Shown: in pieces, positions 28,502-38,023 of the stretch
How positions within the stretch are numbered: position 1 is the first letter of the stretch
Layout: the number at the start of each line of letters is the position of its first letter
From: a virus
Length of the DNA: 64,000 bases
Virus record (IMG/VR): IMGVR_UViG_3300043548_000582
Coordinates: 1 to 64,000 of that record
Direction: 5' to 3' (one strand)
The notes under the pieces: generated by a model
Databases searched by the model: none
What the model was told of the DNA's origin: nothing
What the model saw: only the letters and a program-made list of their open reading frames with translations
Program-made: the position numbers and the translations under genes

Positions 28502-29392
28502 ATGAGTACTAAAAATAAATTCAATGCTAGCATGTTTGAAAAGATTAAGGACGCCCTTAATAAAACCACTGAAACTTCCAATAGCGCATTTTCGAATGTG
28601 ATGAAGTTTCCCGCTGGGAAGACATACACGCTTCGTATAGTTCCTAATCTGGAAGACCCTGAGAAGACATTCTTCCATCACTATACACACGGTTGGAAGA
28701 GCAAGACTACCGGTAGTTATATCTCAACGCTATCACTGCAAACATTCGGTGAGCGCGATCCAATCACCGAAACATTCTGGTCACTCATCAAGAGTGATGA
28801 CAAGAATGAGAAAGAACTTGGTAAAGTTATTCGCCGCAAGGAGAATTGGTTTGTCAATGTTTATGTAATCGATGATCCATCAAATCCTGACAACAATGGA
28901 ACTGTCAAGATTTTGAAAATTGGACCACAGATCAAAAAGATCATCGATGATGCCCTTACCGGAGATGGCGCAGAAGAATTCGGTTATCGAATCTTCGATC
29001 TTGGTGAAGATGGTGCAAACCTCAAGATCAAAGCTGAAACCAGTGGAGATTTCGTAACATTTGCATCTTCTGGCTTCTACAACAAGCCTCAGATCAAGCT
29101 ATCAGATGAACAAATCGATAAGATTTACGAATCTGCACATGATCTGGAAGCCATCTATCCCAAGAAGACAGTTGATGAGCTTCAAGAAATCTTGGATGTT
29201 CATTTTTACGGAAAGAGTGGTGGAAAGACTTCCACACCCAAGACTACAAATGCAACACTGAAGCAACCACCAGTTCTAGATGATGACGATGTGAATGATG
29301 ATATTCCATTCGATTTCCCATCCAAAACAAGTGGTTCAAGTGAACCAAGTGAAGATGATATCGATAAAATGCTAGCCGACCTAGAAGACTAA
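28502..29392 (+). CDS. gp32: Single-stranded DNA-binding protein gp32
   Basis: RIVPN, HYTHGW, TFGERDPI, NVYVIDDPSNPDNNGTVKI, acidic C-terminal tail. Confidence 0.88.
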   Translation: MSTKNKFNASMFEKIKDALNKTTETSNSAFSNVMKFPAGKTYTLRIVPNLEDPEKTFFHHYTHGWKSKTTGSYISTLSLQTFGERDPITETFWSLIKSDDKNEKELGKVIRRKENWFVNVYVIDDPSNPDNNGTVKILKIGPQIKKIIDDALTGDGAEEFGYRIFDLGEDGANLKIKAETSGDFVTFASSGFYNKPQIKLSDEQIDKIYESAHDLEAIYPKKTVDELQEILDVHFYGKSGGKTSTPKTTNATLKQPPVLDDDDVNDDIPFDFPSKTSGSSEPSEDDIDKMLADLED

Positions 29393-29395
29393 TAT

Positions 29396-29836
29396 ATGTT
29401 AACACCTGAAGATAAAAAAGTATTATTGGATTTTGCTGGCCCACTCTTTGCTCAAAGTAAAGAGATCGATTCGATGTATTACAACGACTCGAAGCCAAAA
29501 ACTGATGGTATTGAAGATTCAGGTATCGCGTATGGAATTCAAAAGGCGCTTGAGAGAGATTTCGCAAACTCTCAAGCGCCTCGTCGCGTCGAAGCTGCTC
29601 ATGTACCCATGCCTCAGTATATTCCAATTCCACAGCATATACCAGCTCCGATGCCTCAATACGCGCCTCCTGTTCCTCAACAAGATCCAGACCAGTTGGA
29701 GTTTAAGTTCAACGTAACCGAGCAAGAAAAAACAAACACGTTGTTGGAAGCTCAAAATAAACTCATCAAACAGTTGATAACCAAGATCGATAAGCTAATA
29801 TCCATTTCAAATGAAAGCACAAAAGCTAAAACTTAA
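29396..29836 (+). CDS. Hypothetical protein with Pro/Gln linker
   Basis: ORF within the replication operon. Confidence 0.6.
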   Translation: MLTPEDKKVLLDFAGPLFAQSKEIDSMYYNDSKPKTDGIEDSGIAYGIQKALERDFANSQAPRRVEAAHVPMPQYIPIPQHIPAPMPQYAPPVPQQDPDQLEFKFNVTEQEKTNTLLEAQNKLIKQLITKIDKLISISNESTKAKT

Positions 29837-30536
29837 CAAATCTGATTTCTTATTCTTTCTGGATTCACTATCCAAGCTCAGCGATTCCGCCATTCTAACT
29901 ATTAAAGATGGCGGAATTTCCGCATTAAGTACTAATATAGATGCGTCGTTGTTTTTGTGGAATTCAATGCCAGTCGAGTGTGACGATGATATAAGCACTC
30001 TCAATATACCTTCACTATCAAAGCTTAAATCAGCGTTGGATTTGTGTGAATCGTCCGAGTTTATTGAGTTGACCCTCAATAGAAACAACCTTGAGTATCG
30101 GGGATCTTCTGTGAAGTTTAAATATCACCTCCACGAAGATGGGGTTCTCATGAAGAGCAAGACCAGTCTGGAAAAGCTCAAGAGTTTGAAGTATGATATA
30201 TCCACAGTCTTTTCAAGAAGCTTTTTGAAATCTTTCTTGAAGGCAGCTACTTCTTTTTCAAAAATCACCAAATTACACTTGTATACTGATGATGATCATC
30301 TGATGTGGTCATTAAAGGATTCAACCATAGCAAACAGCGATGTATTCACTATGAAAGGCAACGAAGTTGACTTTGAGTTGGATTCTTTAATTCTGAACAT
30401 AGACAATATACGTCTAATGCAGTTCCCAACTGATAATATCAATTTAAAAATAAACACATCACTTGGAATTGCTAAAATTGAGTTGAAATATGGGAGCGTC
30501 GATCTAAATTATACTATATCAAGTTTAATAAAATGA
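29811..30536 (+). CDS. gp45: DNA sliding clamp gp45
   Basis: 241 aa with a PCNA/gp45-like beta-alpha-beta pattern (LNIPSLSKL...FKYHL...LNIDNIRL); replication context. Confidence 0.65.
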   Translation: MKAQKLKLNKSDFLFFLDSLSKLSDSAILTIKDGGISALSTNIDASLFLWNSMPVECDDDISTLNIPSLSKLKSALDLCESSEFIELTLNRNNLEYRGSSVKFKYHLHEDGVLMKSKTSLEKLKSLKYDISTVFSRSFLKSFLKAATSFSKITKLHLYTDDDHLMWSLKDSTIANSDVFTMKGNEVDFELDSLILNIDNIRLMQFPTDNINLKINTSLGIAKIELKYGSVDLNYTISSLIK

Positions 30537-30871
30537 TTAAAAACAAAGTATCAACACTGGGTTATTTTTTAAAGCGTCTGCGTGATTGTGGATTCATAGC
30601 TATAAAAGTATATGACAAGTATTCATTTCAAGATTCACGAAAGTGGACTGTTATGGTCGATCCCGGTGGCAGAAGCGTTGGTATAACTTGCTACCAAAAC
30701 AAAGATTACAAGGGTGATGTGTTTTTTGAAATAAACGACGGCGGCACCCTCTTTCCAAAGAATTACAATTTGAAAACAAATTCCATGGAAATTGTGATTA
30801 CTTCTCTTCTGGAAAAGGGAGTAAATCAAAAGAGCGAGGATAATGAATTTCTAAAAAAAGAAAAGGTTTAA
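30533..30871 (+). CDS. Hypothetical protein
   Basis: Coupled ORF. Confidence 0.6.
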   Translation: MIKNKVSTLGYFLKRLRDCGFIAIKVYDKYSFQDSRKWTVMVDPGGRSVGITCYQNKDYKGDVFFEINDGGTLFPKNYNLKTNSMEIVITSLLEKGVNQKSEDNEFLKKEKV

Positions 30872-30884
30872 TTTAAATACTATT

Positions 30885-31169
30885 ATGAACGATGACGAAT
30901 CGGATTATACGGAAGACGATATAAAGAAACTTTTAATTGATTCGTTAAAAATAAAATTAAAAGATGATAGGAAAAAACCTAGTCGGGTTAAAATGAATCA
31001 GGCTATAATTTCGTCTTTAAGTGAGTTCATGAGTTGCTTTGCCCTCATAGGTTATGATTTAGAAGGCAATTACGTCAATCTAAGGATAAGCAAAACACCT
31101 ATGGATAAATCTGCTTTGGAGCATTCCTTTATAAAGGAGTTTAGTAAATTTATAAATGAGTCAATGTAA
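30885..31169 (+). CDS. Hypothetical protein
   Basis: TAAATA-N5-ATG. Confidence 0.6.
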   Translation: MNDDESDYTEDDIKKLLIDSLKIKLKDDRKKPSRVKMNQAIISSLSEFMSCFALIGYDLEGNYVNLRISKTPMDKSALEHSFIKEFSKFINESM

Positions 31170-31450
31170 TGTTGAAGGGTTTATTCAAGAAAAAACTAAG
31201 ATTTGGAGACGCATATGCGGTGCAAACTGGTGATTATGCGGGTCAAATGTACATTTTCATAGAAAAAACAAAGGACAGCTATGAATTCTTGTCAAGTCCG
31301 CTGATGGAAAATCGATCAGTGCCTGTGGAAAAGTTTGACTTTGCGTTGCAGGAAGGTATAATTGAGTATGTCGAAAGGTTGCCTAGATATGTCCGCAATA
31401 TTACGCGGGCTAAATTCAAAGAAAACGAATCATTTTATAAATCTGCCTGA
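31169..31450 (+). CDS. Hypothetical protein
   Basis: TAATG coupling. Confidence 0.6.
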   Translation: MLKGLFKKKLRFGDAYAVQTGDYAGQMYIFIEKTKDSYEFLSSPLMENRSVPVEKFDFALQEGIIEYVERLPRYVRNITRAKFKENESFYKSA

Positions 31451-32456
31451 GAGTTATGTGGTTTCCAAGTTTTTTGAACTGGGACCATATCCAACGCAGA
31501 ACGCATACAACAACACATATCAATGTTGCTGCCCTATATGTAAAGAAGGTAAAAGTTTTGGAAAAAAACAGAGATGTTTCTACATCCCATCAAACGATTT
31601 GATATTTTGCCACAATTGTGGATGGTCTAGCAAGCCTCTGAAGTGGATTACCACAGTCTCCGGGATGTCGGTATCTGAAGTTTATGCAGAAATACAACAG
31701 GGTGAGTTTGATATGATTAATATATCAGATGGCGAAGTTCCAACCTCTGTTGAAGTGCCATCATTACCTCAAGATTGCATCAATTTATACGACAAAACTC
31801 AAGTCTCGTTCTACATTAAAAATAATATAGTTGTAAATGCCTTCAAATATTTAAAATCTAGAAATCTGCTGAAGGCCATCAACAAACCAGACTCCATGTA
31901 TATATCTTTGAAGGATTATGGACACAAAAACAGATTGGTTCTACCATTCAAGGACGTTGATGGTAAAATTGTATTCTACCAAAGCCGTAAAATATTTGAT
32001 TGGGACGAAAAATGCAGATACTTATCAAAGCGTGATTCAGATAAATCGCTATTCAACATAGATAAGGTCGATTCATCGAATGGTGATGTCATTTACATGT
32101 TTGAAGGCCCGATTGATGCGTGTTTTATAAAAAACGGAGTCGCGGTCGCTGGCATTAATGAAGGTAATGTGCTGTTTACAAATAAACAAGAAGAACAACT
32201 AAGGCAGTTTAAGTTTTTCAAAGTTGTTTGGTGTTTGGATAGCCAATATTTGGATTCAGCGAGTAGAGAAAAAACCAAAGTGTTGCTAGAATCTGGACAA
32301 ACTGTATTTATTTGGCCTGAAAATTACGGCAAAAGATACAAAGACTTCAATGAAATGTGTATAGATAGAGATATTTTTGAAATAGATCAAGAATTTGTCA
32401 ATAAAAATACATATTCTGGTAAATTGGGTCTTACAAGATTAAGAATGATCAATTAA
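31389..32456 (+). CDS. gp61: DNA primase gp61 (start uncertain)
   Basis: Zn finger CPIC.EG...FCHNCG; TOPRIM FEGPIDA, WCLDSQ, KDFNE. Confidence 0.9.
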   Translation: MSAILRGLNSKKTNHFINLPESYVVSKFFELGPYPTQNAYNNTYQCCCPICKEGKSFGKKQRCFYIPSNDLIFCHNCGWSSKPLKWITTVSGMSVSEVYAEIQQGEFDMINISDGEVPTSVEVPSLPQDCINLYDKTQVSFYIKNNIVVNAFKYLKSRNLLKAINKPDSMYISLKDYGHKNRLVLPFKDVDGKIVFYQSRKIFDWDEKCRYLSKRDSDKSLFNIDKVDSSNGDVIYMFEGPIDACFIKNGVAVAGINEGNVLFTNKQEEQLRQFKFFKVVWCLDSQYLDSASREKTKVLLESGQTVFIWPENYGKRYKDFNEMCIDRDIFEIDQEFVNKNTYSGKLGLTRLRMIN

Positions 32457-32458
32457 AC

Positions 32459-32491
32459 AAAAAACCCATGGATAACCATGGGTTTTTTTTT
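32459..32491. terminator. Bidirectional intrinsic terminator
   Basis: AAAAAACCCATGG-ataa-CCATGGGTTTTTTTTT between convergent genes. Confidence 0.85.
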
Positions 32492-32512
32492 GATTTTTAG
32501 GGTTTTTAAAAT

Positions 32513-32956
32513 TCAGACATACTTGTATTTCGCATTCTTGGTCTGCGCCATGAATCCGAGGAATCCTTGGTGCAACGCAGCCAAGTCAGAAGCAACACGG
32601 GATATCTTCGTTTGCTGTGATTGTTTCATCTTATCAAACACTGTATCAGGCTCCGCATTAGCTAATCTGCTTTGAATGCTTGTTGGGTCTTCGCTATTCA
32701 AGACCTTTAAGAATTGATCGATTGAATCAATCCATGTTTGCAGTTCACCTACGATTTGCTGGTTTCTTTTTGAGAGGATATCAGCTAATTCGCTTTGTGT
32801 AGTGTCCATATCAGTCGATGCGTCGAATGCAGTTGGGTCAGTTCCATCATCTAGAGAGTTTTCCATAGCATCTCTTTCGAGATCGTCATCCATCATATCA
32901 ATATCATCGGCTTCTAATAAAACCTTCTTAAATCTAGCAGCGTATAGATTGGTCAT
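32513..32956 (-). CDS. Hypothetical late protein, probably head-internal or scaffold-like
   Basis: TAAATA-N5-ATG; FKKVLLEADD leader. Confidence 0.6.
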   Translation of the reverse strand: MTNLYAARFKKVLLEADDIDMMDDDLERDAMENSLDDGTDPTAFDASTDMDTTQSELADILSKRNQQIVGELQTWIDSIDQFLKVLNSEDPTSIQSRLANAEPDTVFDKMKQSQQTKISRVASDLAALHQGFLGFMAQTKNAKYKYV

Positions 32957-32961
32957 AGCAG

Positions 32962-32986
32962 TATTTAGTGCTTTGATGAATAAATA
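32962..32986. promoter_or_regulatory. Back-to-back divergent late promoters
   Basis: TATTTA at 32962-67 (minus, N5 to ATG 32956) and TAAATA at 32981-86 (plus, N5 to ATG 32992). Confidence 0.65.
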
Positions 32987-32991
32987 TACAC

Positions 32992-33354
32992 ATGGCAAGC
33001 AAAGATTCCCCATATTCTACAGGTTTCATGTCTTCAAATATTAATTTTGATACTGATACCGAACAAATGTTTAGACAGATCAAAAGAGAAGAAAACGAAA
33101 CACACGAAGCTATTCCAACTTTGCCATATGAAATGACAATGTTGCCACAATACTGCGCGAATATTGTCGATAATGCCATGAATGCATCAATTAACATAGA
33201 AAATGTACTAAAATCTAAGAATTTTAAAAATAAAGACGACCTTTTAAAGTTAAAGAACAATTTGGATAAAATGATAAAATATCTCATCAGAAATGTCGAT
33301 CCAACTCTTGACAAATTCGCAATAAGGCGTAGTATGGACTCAAATGACGAGTAA
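32992..33354 (+). CDS. Hypothetical late protein
   Basis: TAAATA-N5-ATG. Confidence 0.6.
   Translation: MASKDSPYSTGFMSSNINFDTDTEQMFRQIKREENETHEAIPTLPYEMTMLPQYCANIVDNAMNASINIENVLKSKNFKNKDDLLKLKNNLDKMIKYLIRNVDPTLDKFAIRRSMDSNDE
33308..33335 (+). promoter_or_regulatory. Sigma70-type promoter TTGACA-N16-TAGTAT
   Basis: Read directly. Confidence 0.6.
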
Positions 33355-33832
33355 AACAGTGTATAGTTCCATACTGGCATCGCTAGTATCCATCGTATTG
33401 TTATCATATGGACTCAGTACTTGGGTTCCTTTTACAAACACATTATCCTTACTTGGATCGATTTTGATCATCGCTGGTTGCGTTGTATATGCCAAATATA
33501 CGGGGGTTCTTTCAAAGAAAGAAGAAAAACCATCCAGTGATATGGATGATATTGCAAATATGATTTCTGAAATGGATGAAGTCATATCTGAATATGAAAA
33601 CATGCTTTCAGAGCAACTGGTAAAACTTCCATGCAACTGCGGTCAGACTTTATTCGAGGGTATTTTGATACCAAATGCCGAGAATATGTGTAAATGTCCA
33701 TCTTGCAAAGAGACATACAAGGTTATGGTAAGCTATGATTCAATTCTGGTTACAGAACCTCTGGAACCAGCTACCATTTATGAAAATTTAACAAAAGCTG
33801 CTTCGACCGACATTAATAAAACGCTAGAGTAA
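33344..33832 (+). CDS. Membrane protein with two TM helices, a coiled coil and a Zn ribbon
   Basis: Two hydrophobic N-terminal segments; PCNCG...CKCPSC. Confidence 0.65.
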   Translation: MTSKTVYSSILASLVSIVLLSYGLSTWVPFTNTLSLLGSILIIAGCVVYAKYTGVLSKKEEKPSSDMDDIANMISEMDEVISEYENMLSEQLVKLPCNCGQTLFEGILIPNAENMCKCPSCKETYKVMVSYDSILVTEPLEPATIYENLTKAASTDINKTLE

Positions 33833-33841
33833 ACTGGTCGC

Positions 33842-34081
33842 ATGCAAAACGTAAATATAAAACTGAAAAACGGCAAAGTCGAAATCATGGATGCAGTTTC
33901 ATTCTCCAGATGGGTTTGTCTGGTCGAAGCTTTCGACATTATTTTTGAAAAAGCCGCTCAGCTCAATTTGGATATTGAGAGCTTTATAAAACCCGTCGCC
34001 ATCGAACACTACATCAACGAAAGATTCGATTCTGTTCTGTGTGATGTGAAGTATGAATTGGAGAATGGTTTATTGAACTGA
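33842..34081 (+). CDS. Hypothetical protein
   Basis: 79-aa ORF. Confidence 0.6.
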   Translation: MQNVNIKLKNGKVEIMDAVSFSRWVCLVEAFDIIFEKAAQLNLDIESFIKPVAIEHYINERFDSVLCDVKYELENGLLN

Positions 34082-34897
34082 TAACTCTCGCTCAATTCGT
34101 TCAATTGTCTCTTTACCAAGAGAAGGTTCGAAGTGTGCTTTTAGTTCAGTTGTATCCAAATCTAGTTCTTTGAATCCGATGAGATAATTTTTGAATCTTT
34201 GGTCTAGCTGATTTGGGTACGACACACCTTCTGGTCTATAAAATCGATGGCACCACCTTAAAAACGGCAGGCATAGTGTTCGCTTGCCGTTTTTTCTGTA
34301 TTTTTCGTGGATGTATCCTTCTTCACCACCAAATCCCCTGAACTTTGTATTGAATCCTAACCATGAATCTTTTCTACATGAAAATAATCCAAGACCCTGC
34401 GCGGGTATCTCAAAAGGAACTCCGTTAGGATCTTCGCCTCGCTCATCATTACCCCACACCCCCCACATATTTGACCTCCAAACGAGATCAAAATGGGTAG
34501 AAGTTCCTTTAAGATTGTCATAAACCAATGGTCCTTGTAATAAATTGCCGTCATCTTCATTGTTATCATAAAAGTCTATTAATTTTTTAAGAGATCCCGG
34601 TTCTAGAAGAACATGACTGTCTATACTTAGCACATAAGGTGTCTCAGCAAGATCAAAAATTTTATTTCTGACAATAGTCGATTTATAATTTGTGAAAGGA
34701 AAGTATTGCACTGGTTCATCAACCCAATCTAAAAATTCCCGTATGCATTTGGAATGTGTTCCAGATGGATTATTGTCAATCACGACAAATTCGACATTAT
34801 CCATCACTTCTTTGTGAAATAATCTGATTGATTGTATTGTGAAATACAAACCGTCCAGATCATCATGAACTGCCATCCCAATTGTAAGTTTCCTCAT
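34070..34897 (-). CDS. Glycosyltransferase family 2
   Basis: LTIGMAVHDD, VIDNNP, VLSIDSHV (the DxH also seen in polypeptide GalNAc-transferase-like enzymes), GLGLF, FRGFGGEEGY, W.HRF.R. Confidence 0.85.
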   Translation of the reverse strand: MRKLTIGMAVHDDLDGLYFTIQSIRLFHKEVMDNVEFVVIDNNPSGTHSKCIREFLDWVDEPVQYFPFTNYKSTIVRNKIFDLAETPYVLSIDSHVLLEPGSLKKLIDFYDNNEDDGNLLQGPLVYDNLKGTSTHFDLVWRSNMWGVWGNDERGEDPNGVPFEIPAQGLGLFSCRKDSWLGFNTKFRGFGGEEGYIHEKYRKNGKRTLCLPFLRWCHRFYRPEGVSYPNQLDQRFKNYLIGFKELDLDTTELKAHFEPSLGKETIERIERELSVQ

Positions 34898-34908
34898 ATT
34901 TTAATTTA

Positions 34909-35223
34909 TTAAAAATTGAGTTTTTTGCAAGTATTTTCAACACATTCAGATGTTGTCGATGTGTTTAATGGAATTATCGTGGTGGTTGTAGTTGTGGTAG
35001 TAGTTGCTGGGAGGGTTGTGTTTATAGTCGATGGATCTGTTAATGAAGGAGACGGGGGGATTCTTACTTTCATTATCGGAGGTAGTGGAAACGGTGATTT
35101 TGTTGTATTTTCGACCGGAGGAGGGAATATATACTTTATTTTAGGAGGACAGCACGGTATTTTTGGAGTTGCCGTTGTTGTCGAAGTAGTGGTCGGTTCT
35201 GGTGTTGTACCTGTCGTTTCCAT
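34909..35223 (-). CDS. Mucin-like Thr/Pro-rich small protein with Cys clusters
   Basis: Poly-Thr runs; shares TTK.P.PLP....V..PPS..LTDPS.I and C...C..KL.[FY] with its neighbour. Confidence 0.7.
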   Translation of the reverse strand: METTGTTPEPTTTSTTTATPKIPCCPPKIKYIFPPPVENTTKSPFPLPPIMKVRIPPSPSLTDPSTINTTLPATTTTTTTTTIIPLNTSTTSECVENTCKKLNF

Positions 35224-35225
35224 AA

Positions 35226-35699
35226 TTAATATCCTAATTTATTAACACATGGTTTGCAAATTATACTGACTGTTGTGGATGTTGATGTCGATGTTGTAGT
35301 TATCGGCTGTATCGTAGTTGGAGTGATAGTTGTAGTTGATATAATCGAAGATGGGTCCGTCAATGGATAGCTCGGAGGAACTTTGACGGTTATGGCTTCA
35401 GGAAGAGGCGTCGGGGTTTTCGTAGTTACTATTACCGGTTCAGGAGGATGCTCTATAATCAACTCAGGGCAACTTAAACATGGGTAGCATGTCGTAGATC
35501 CCGGAATTGGGGGTGGTGTCGTGGCTGTAGTTCCAGTGGTAGTACTTGTTGTTGTACTTGTGAGTGGGGGGGTAGTTGTAGTGGTAGTAGTTGTAGTGGT
35601 AGTAGTTGTGGTACTACCTGAAGGTGGCGGGGTAGTTGTAGACGAACCCTCTGGTGGAGGTGTAGTTTCGTCTGGTGGAGGTGTAGTTTCGTCTGGCAT
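35226..35699 (-). CDS. Mucin-like Thr/Pro-rich protein (paralogue of the neighbouring gene)
   Basis: PDETTPPP repeat, long Thr homopolymer, CYPCLSC, C-terminal CKPCVNKLGY. Confidence 0.7.
   Translation of the reverse strand: MPDETTPPPDETTPPPEGSSTTTPPPSGSTTTTTTTTTTTTTTPPLTSTTTSTTTGTTATTPPPIPGSTTCYPCLSCPELIIEHPPEPVIVTTKTPTPLPEAITVKVPPSYPLTDPSSIISTTTITPTTIQPITTTSTSTSTTVSIICKPCVNKLGY
35650..35696. repeat. 21-bp tandem repeat, about 2.2 copies (encodes DETTPPP)
   Basis: TCTGGTGGAGGTGTAGTTTCG twice plus TCTGG; 15-bp Thr-coding repeats lie nearby at about 35572-35612. Confidence 0.85.
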
Positions 35700-35701
35700 A
35701 C

Positions 35702-36466
35702 TTACATCCTGTTAAATTCGACTGTTTCTACAGTTGTTGCATTTTCGGTTCCTTGTGTGTGAAAATTTTTCAAAAACAAAACACTTGGAGCACTTAATGA
35801 CGAGATAGGAGATGAATATGAAAAACCGGGTCTAAATATGTCAGCGGAATCAGGATTGAAATTTATATTAATCGAAGTTAATTCTATGAATTCAGTTGAT
35901 CCGTCTGGTTTAAAATCTATAGTGATCTTATCAGTGTTTGTATATTTAAATCGCATGGTTTTGTACGACTTGCCACTTGATAATATCTTAAATTCTGGAT
36001 TTATATTTGAAAGTTCATTATAGTATGTAACATTATCATTAAAATCTCTTATAATTAAACTATTTCGTTTTATACTACCTAAACCAACACCGCTTCGAGT
36101 ATTTGATGATAAAGCAAACAATCCAGTGGTGTCAAATGCTATACAAATCCCTAGAATTGAATCACTTTCCCCATTACCTTCGAGTATTATGCGTTCATAA
36201 TTTTCAGTTAATATGTAATTTCCATCTTCATCTAGTAAAAAACCAGATAAGGGAACAGTTCCGCTATATCCCAAATAATGACCCGGAATTGAAGACAGAG
36301 ATGGTTTTGTTGATGTTAAGAAAGTTGCAAATGCAGCTTCATTACCAGATATAGCATACTGAAAACTCCAAATTATGTCATAATTTGGGTTGTAGTTCTT
36401 TTTTTCATCTACAAATGCTATATATTTTGCATTTGCTGGTAATTTAACATCAGATGGAAAGCTCAT
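35702..36466 (-). CDS. Virion protein, possible ConA/L-lectin-like beta-sandwich
   Basis: LGICIAFDT.G, RFKYTN..ITIDF, PGFSYS pattern; structural operon. Confidence 0.5.
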   Translation of the reverse strand: MSFPSDVKLPANAKYIAFVDEKKNYNPNYDIIWSFQYAISGNEAAFATFLTSTKPSLSSIPGHYLGYSGTVPLSGFLLDEDGNYILTENYERIILEGNGESDSILGICIAFDTTGLFALSSNTRSGVGLGSIKRNSLIIRDFNDNVTYYNELSNINPEFKILSSGKSYKTMRFKYTNTDKITIDFKPDGSTEFIELTSININFNPDSADIFRPGFSYSSPISSLSAPSVLFLKNFHTQGTENATTVETVEFNRM

Positions 36467-36467
36467 A

Positions 36468-38012
36468 TTATAAAGTATAACCGATTAGTCGCACGCTACC
36501 ATTCTCGTCAGAGTTTCCTATCGACACTCGAAGTGCAAAAGATGAAGAATTTCCGTTTGAACTCAGGGGAATCATGCATTGAGTGGTTGAAGTGGAACCT
36601 CCGTAAAATTTTGTGCTTGATTTATTTATCAAATATTCATTTACACCAACAACGTAGAGATTTGTTGGTGTATTTAAAAGTGATGTATTTAAAGCAGCAC
36701 ATATTATGCCTTGCTGACCATTATTCGTTAAATTCAACGTACTTTCCAGCAAGACCGTTTTCGCATTCGCTGGTAATGTTTGCGGCAATGCTAATATGGT
36801 AGGATAAACTGTAATAGTTGACGTTTCAGACATATTACTAGTTACAGTTTTTACAGTGATTGGAGTTTTCAAGAATTTCACATATCCTGAAGAATTTACT
36901 ATCTCTGTACCTGAAAGCGTGGTTACAACACCAGCTGATACAAATGGAACTGAGCTTACTCTTCCATAATCATCAACAATAAATGGAGTTTCCACAGTTG
37001 TTGATGGTATAATTGGCGGTAAACCAATTTGTATATTGCCACTCAACGTGCTGACAGGAGTTCCAGTTACAGTAACTCCATTCAATGTTCCAGATAGTGT
37101 ATTTCTAACAGTGAGGGTCGATGTTACTAAATTATCAGCGATAGCTTTGATAATGAAATTGGTCCCGACTGCACTCAAGGATACATTAGTTCCACTGTTC
37201 AAGCTAAACGTTGTCGAAGATGCTGGGTCTCCAGTTACCCCATACAATGTTTTATTTGTTAAATTAGGAACATTGAAGTTTCCACCAGAGCCTCCGTAAG
37301 TGGTGCCTATGGCGGCGGATAGATCTGGGTATACTGATCCTGAAACACTCTGACCATTGCATAGAAGCCATCCATAAGGAACAGTTCCTCCAGAAACAAA
37401 CGGTGTTATCATACCTACAGGTATTCTGGATGCAGAATTACTTACATAAAATGTATTAAGAGAAAGCGGAGTCGCCCAAGATAGATTTCCATAGATATCT
37501 GTTGATAAAAAGAAATCATTTTGTAATCCACCAGATGGCCATTTATAATTGACAGATTCTATCGATAGTTTGGACGGCAATGATAGATATTCAGAGTTAT
37601 ATGGTGAAATTCTGTTTGTTGAGATCCCACCACCGCTCAAGTTTAAAGTATTCGTGGATGCGTCGATGTCAATACTGTTACCTGCTGTGTAAACAGATCC
37701 TACAACTCTCCAATTATTGATATCTGTATATAAATTCCCATTGAATTTACATAAAGTTTTGTTCACAGTATTGAATACCAAGTCTCCTACCTGTGCATAT
37801 GAGAAAGTAATGGGATTACCTTCGCCCAAATATTTATTACCAGCGACTAGACCACCGAGAGTTGAGCCATCTCCGATAAACAATCTATCAATGTCGGTTG
37901 CATATCCAAGTTCACCGCTATCTAGAAGTATAAGTTTTCTGTCTGAATCCTGTCCTTGACGAACGATGAGTTTCAGAAGAGTATTTTGGAGGATTTCAAT
38001 TGAATTTGACAT
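36468..38012 (-). CDS. Tail fibre protein with Mtd-N-type module and tail-collar domain
   Basis: LIVRQG.....LDSGELGYATDIDRLFIGDG; IPVGMITPF....PYGWLLCNGQSVS...YPDL..AIGTTYGG....FNVPNL. Confidence 0.85.
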   Translation of the reverse strand: MSNSIEILQNTLLKLIVRQGQDSDRKLILLDSGELGYATDIDRLFIGDGSTLGGLVAGNKYLGEGNPITFSYAQVGDLVFNTVNKTLCKFNGNLYTDINNWRVVGSVYTAGNSIDIDASTNTLNLSGGGISTNRISPYNSEYLSLPSKLSIESVNYKWPSGGLQNDFFLSTDIYGNLSWATPLSLNTFYVSNSASRIPVGMITPFVSGGTVPYGWLLCNGQSVSGSVYPDLSAAIGTTYGGSGGNFNVPNLTNKTLYGVTGDPASSTTFSLNSGTNVSLSAVGTNFIIKAIADNLVTSTLTVRNTLSGTLNGVTVTGTPVSTLSGNIQIGLPPIIPSTTVETPFIVDDYGRVSSVPFVSAGVVTTLSGTEIVNSSGYVKFLKTPITVKTVTSNMSETSTITVYPTILALPQTLPANAKTVLLESTLNLTNNGQQGIICAALNTSLLNTPTNLYVVGVNEYLINKSSTKFYGGSTSTTQCMIPLSSNGNSSSFALRVSIGNSDENGSVRLIGYTL

Positions 38013-38023
38013 ATTTTATATAT

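Noticed and set aside
34916-35715. Plus-strand poly-Val ORFs (34916-35245, 35521-35715; also 43790-44005)
   Set aside because: They are antisense shadows of Thr codon runs; the minus-strand reading fits the operon and shows paralogy.
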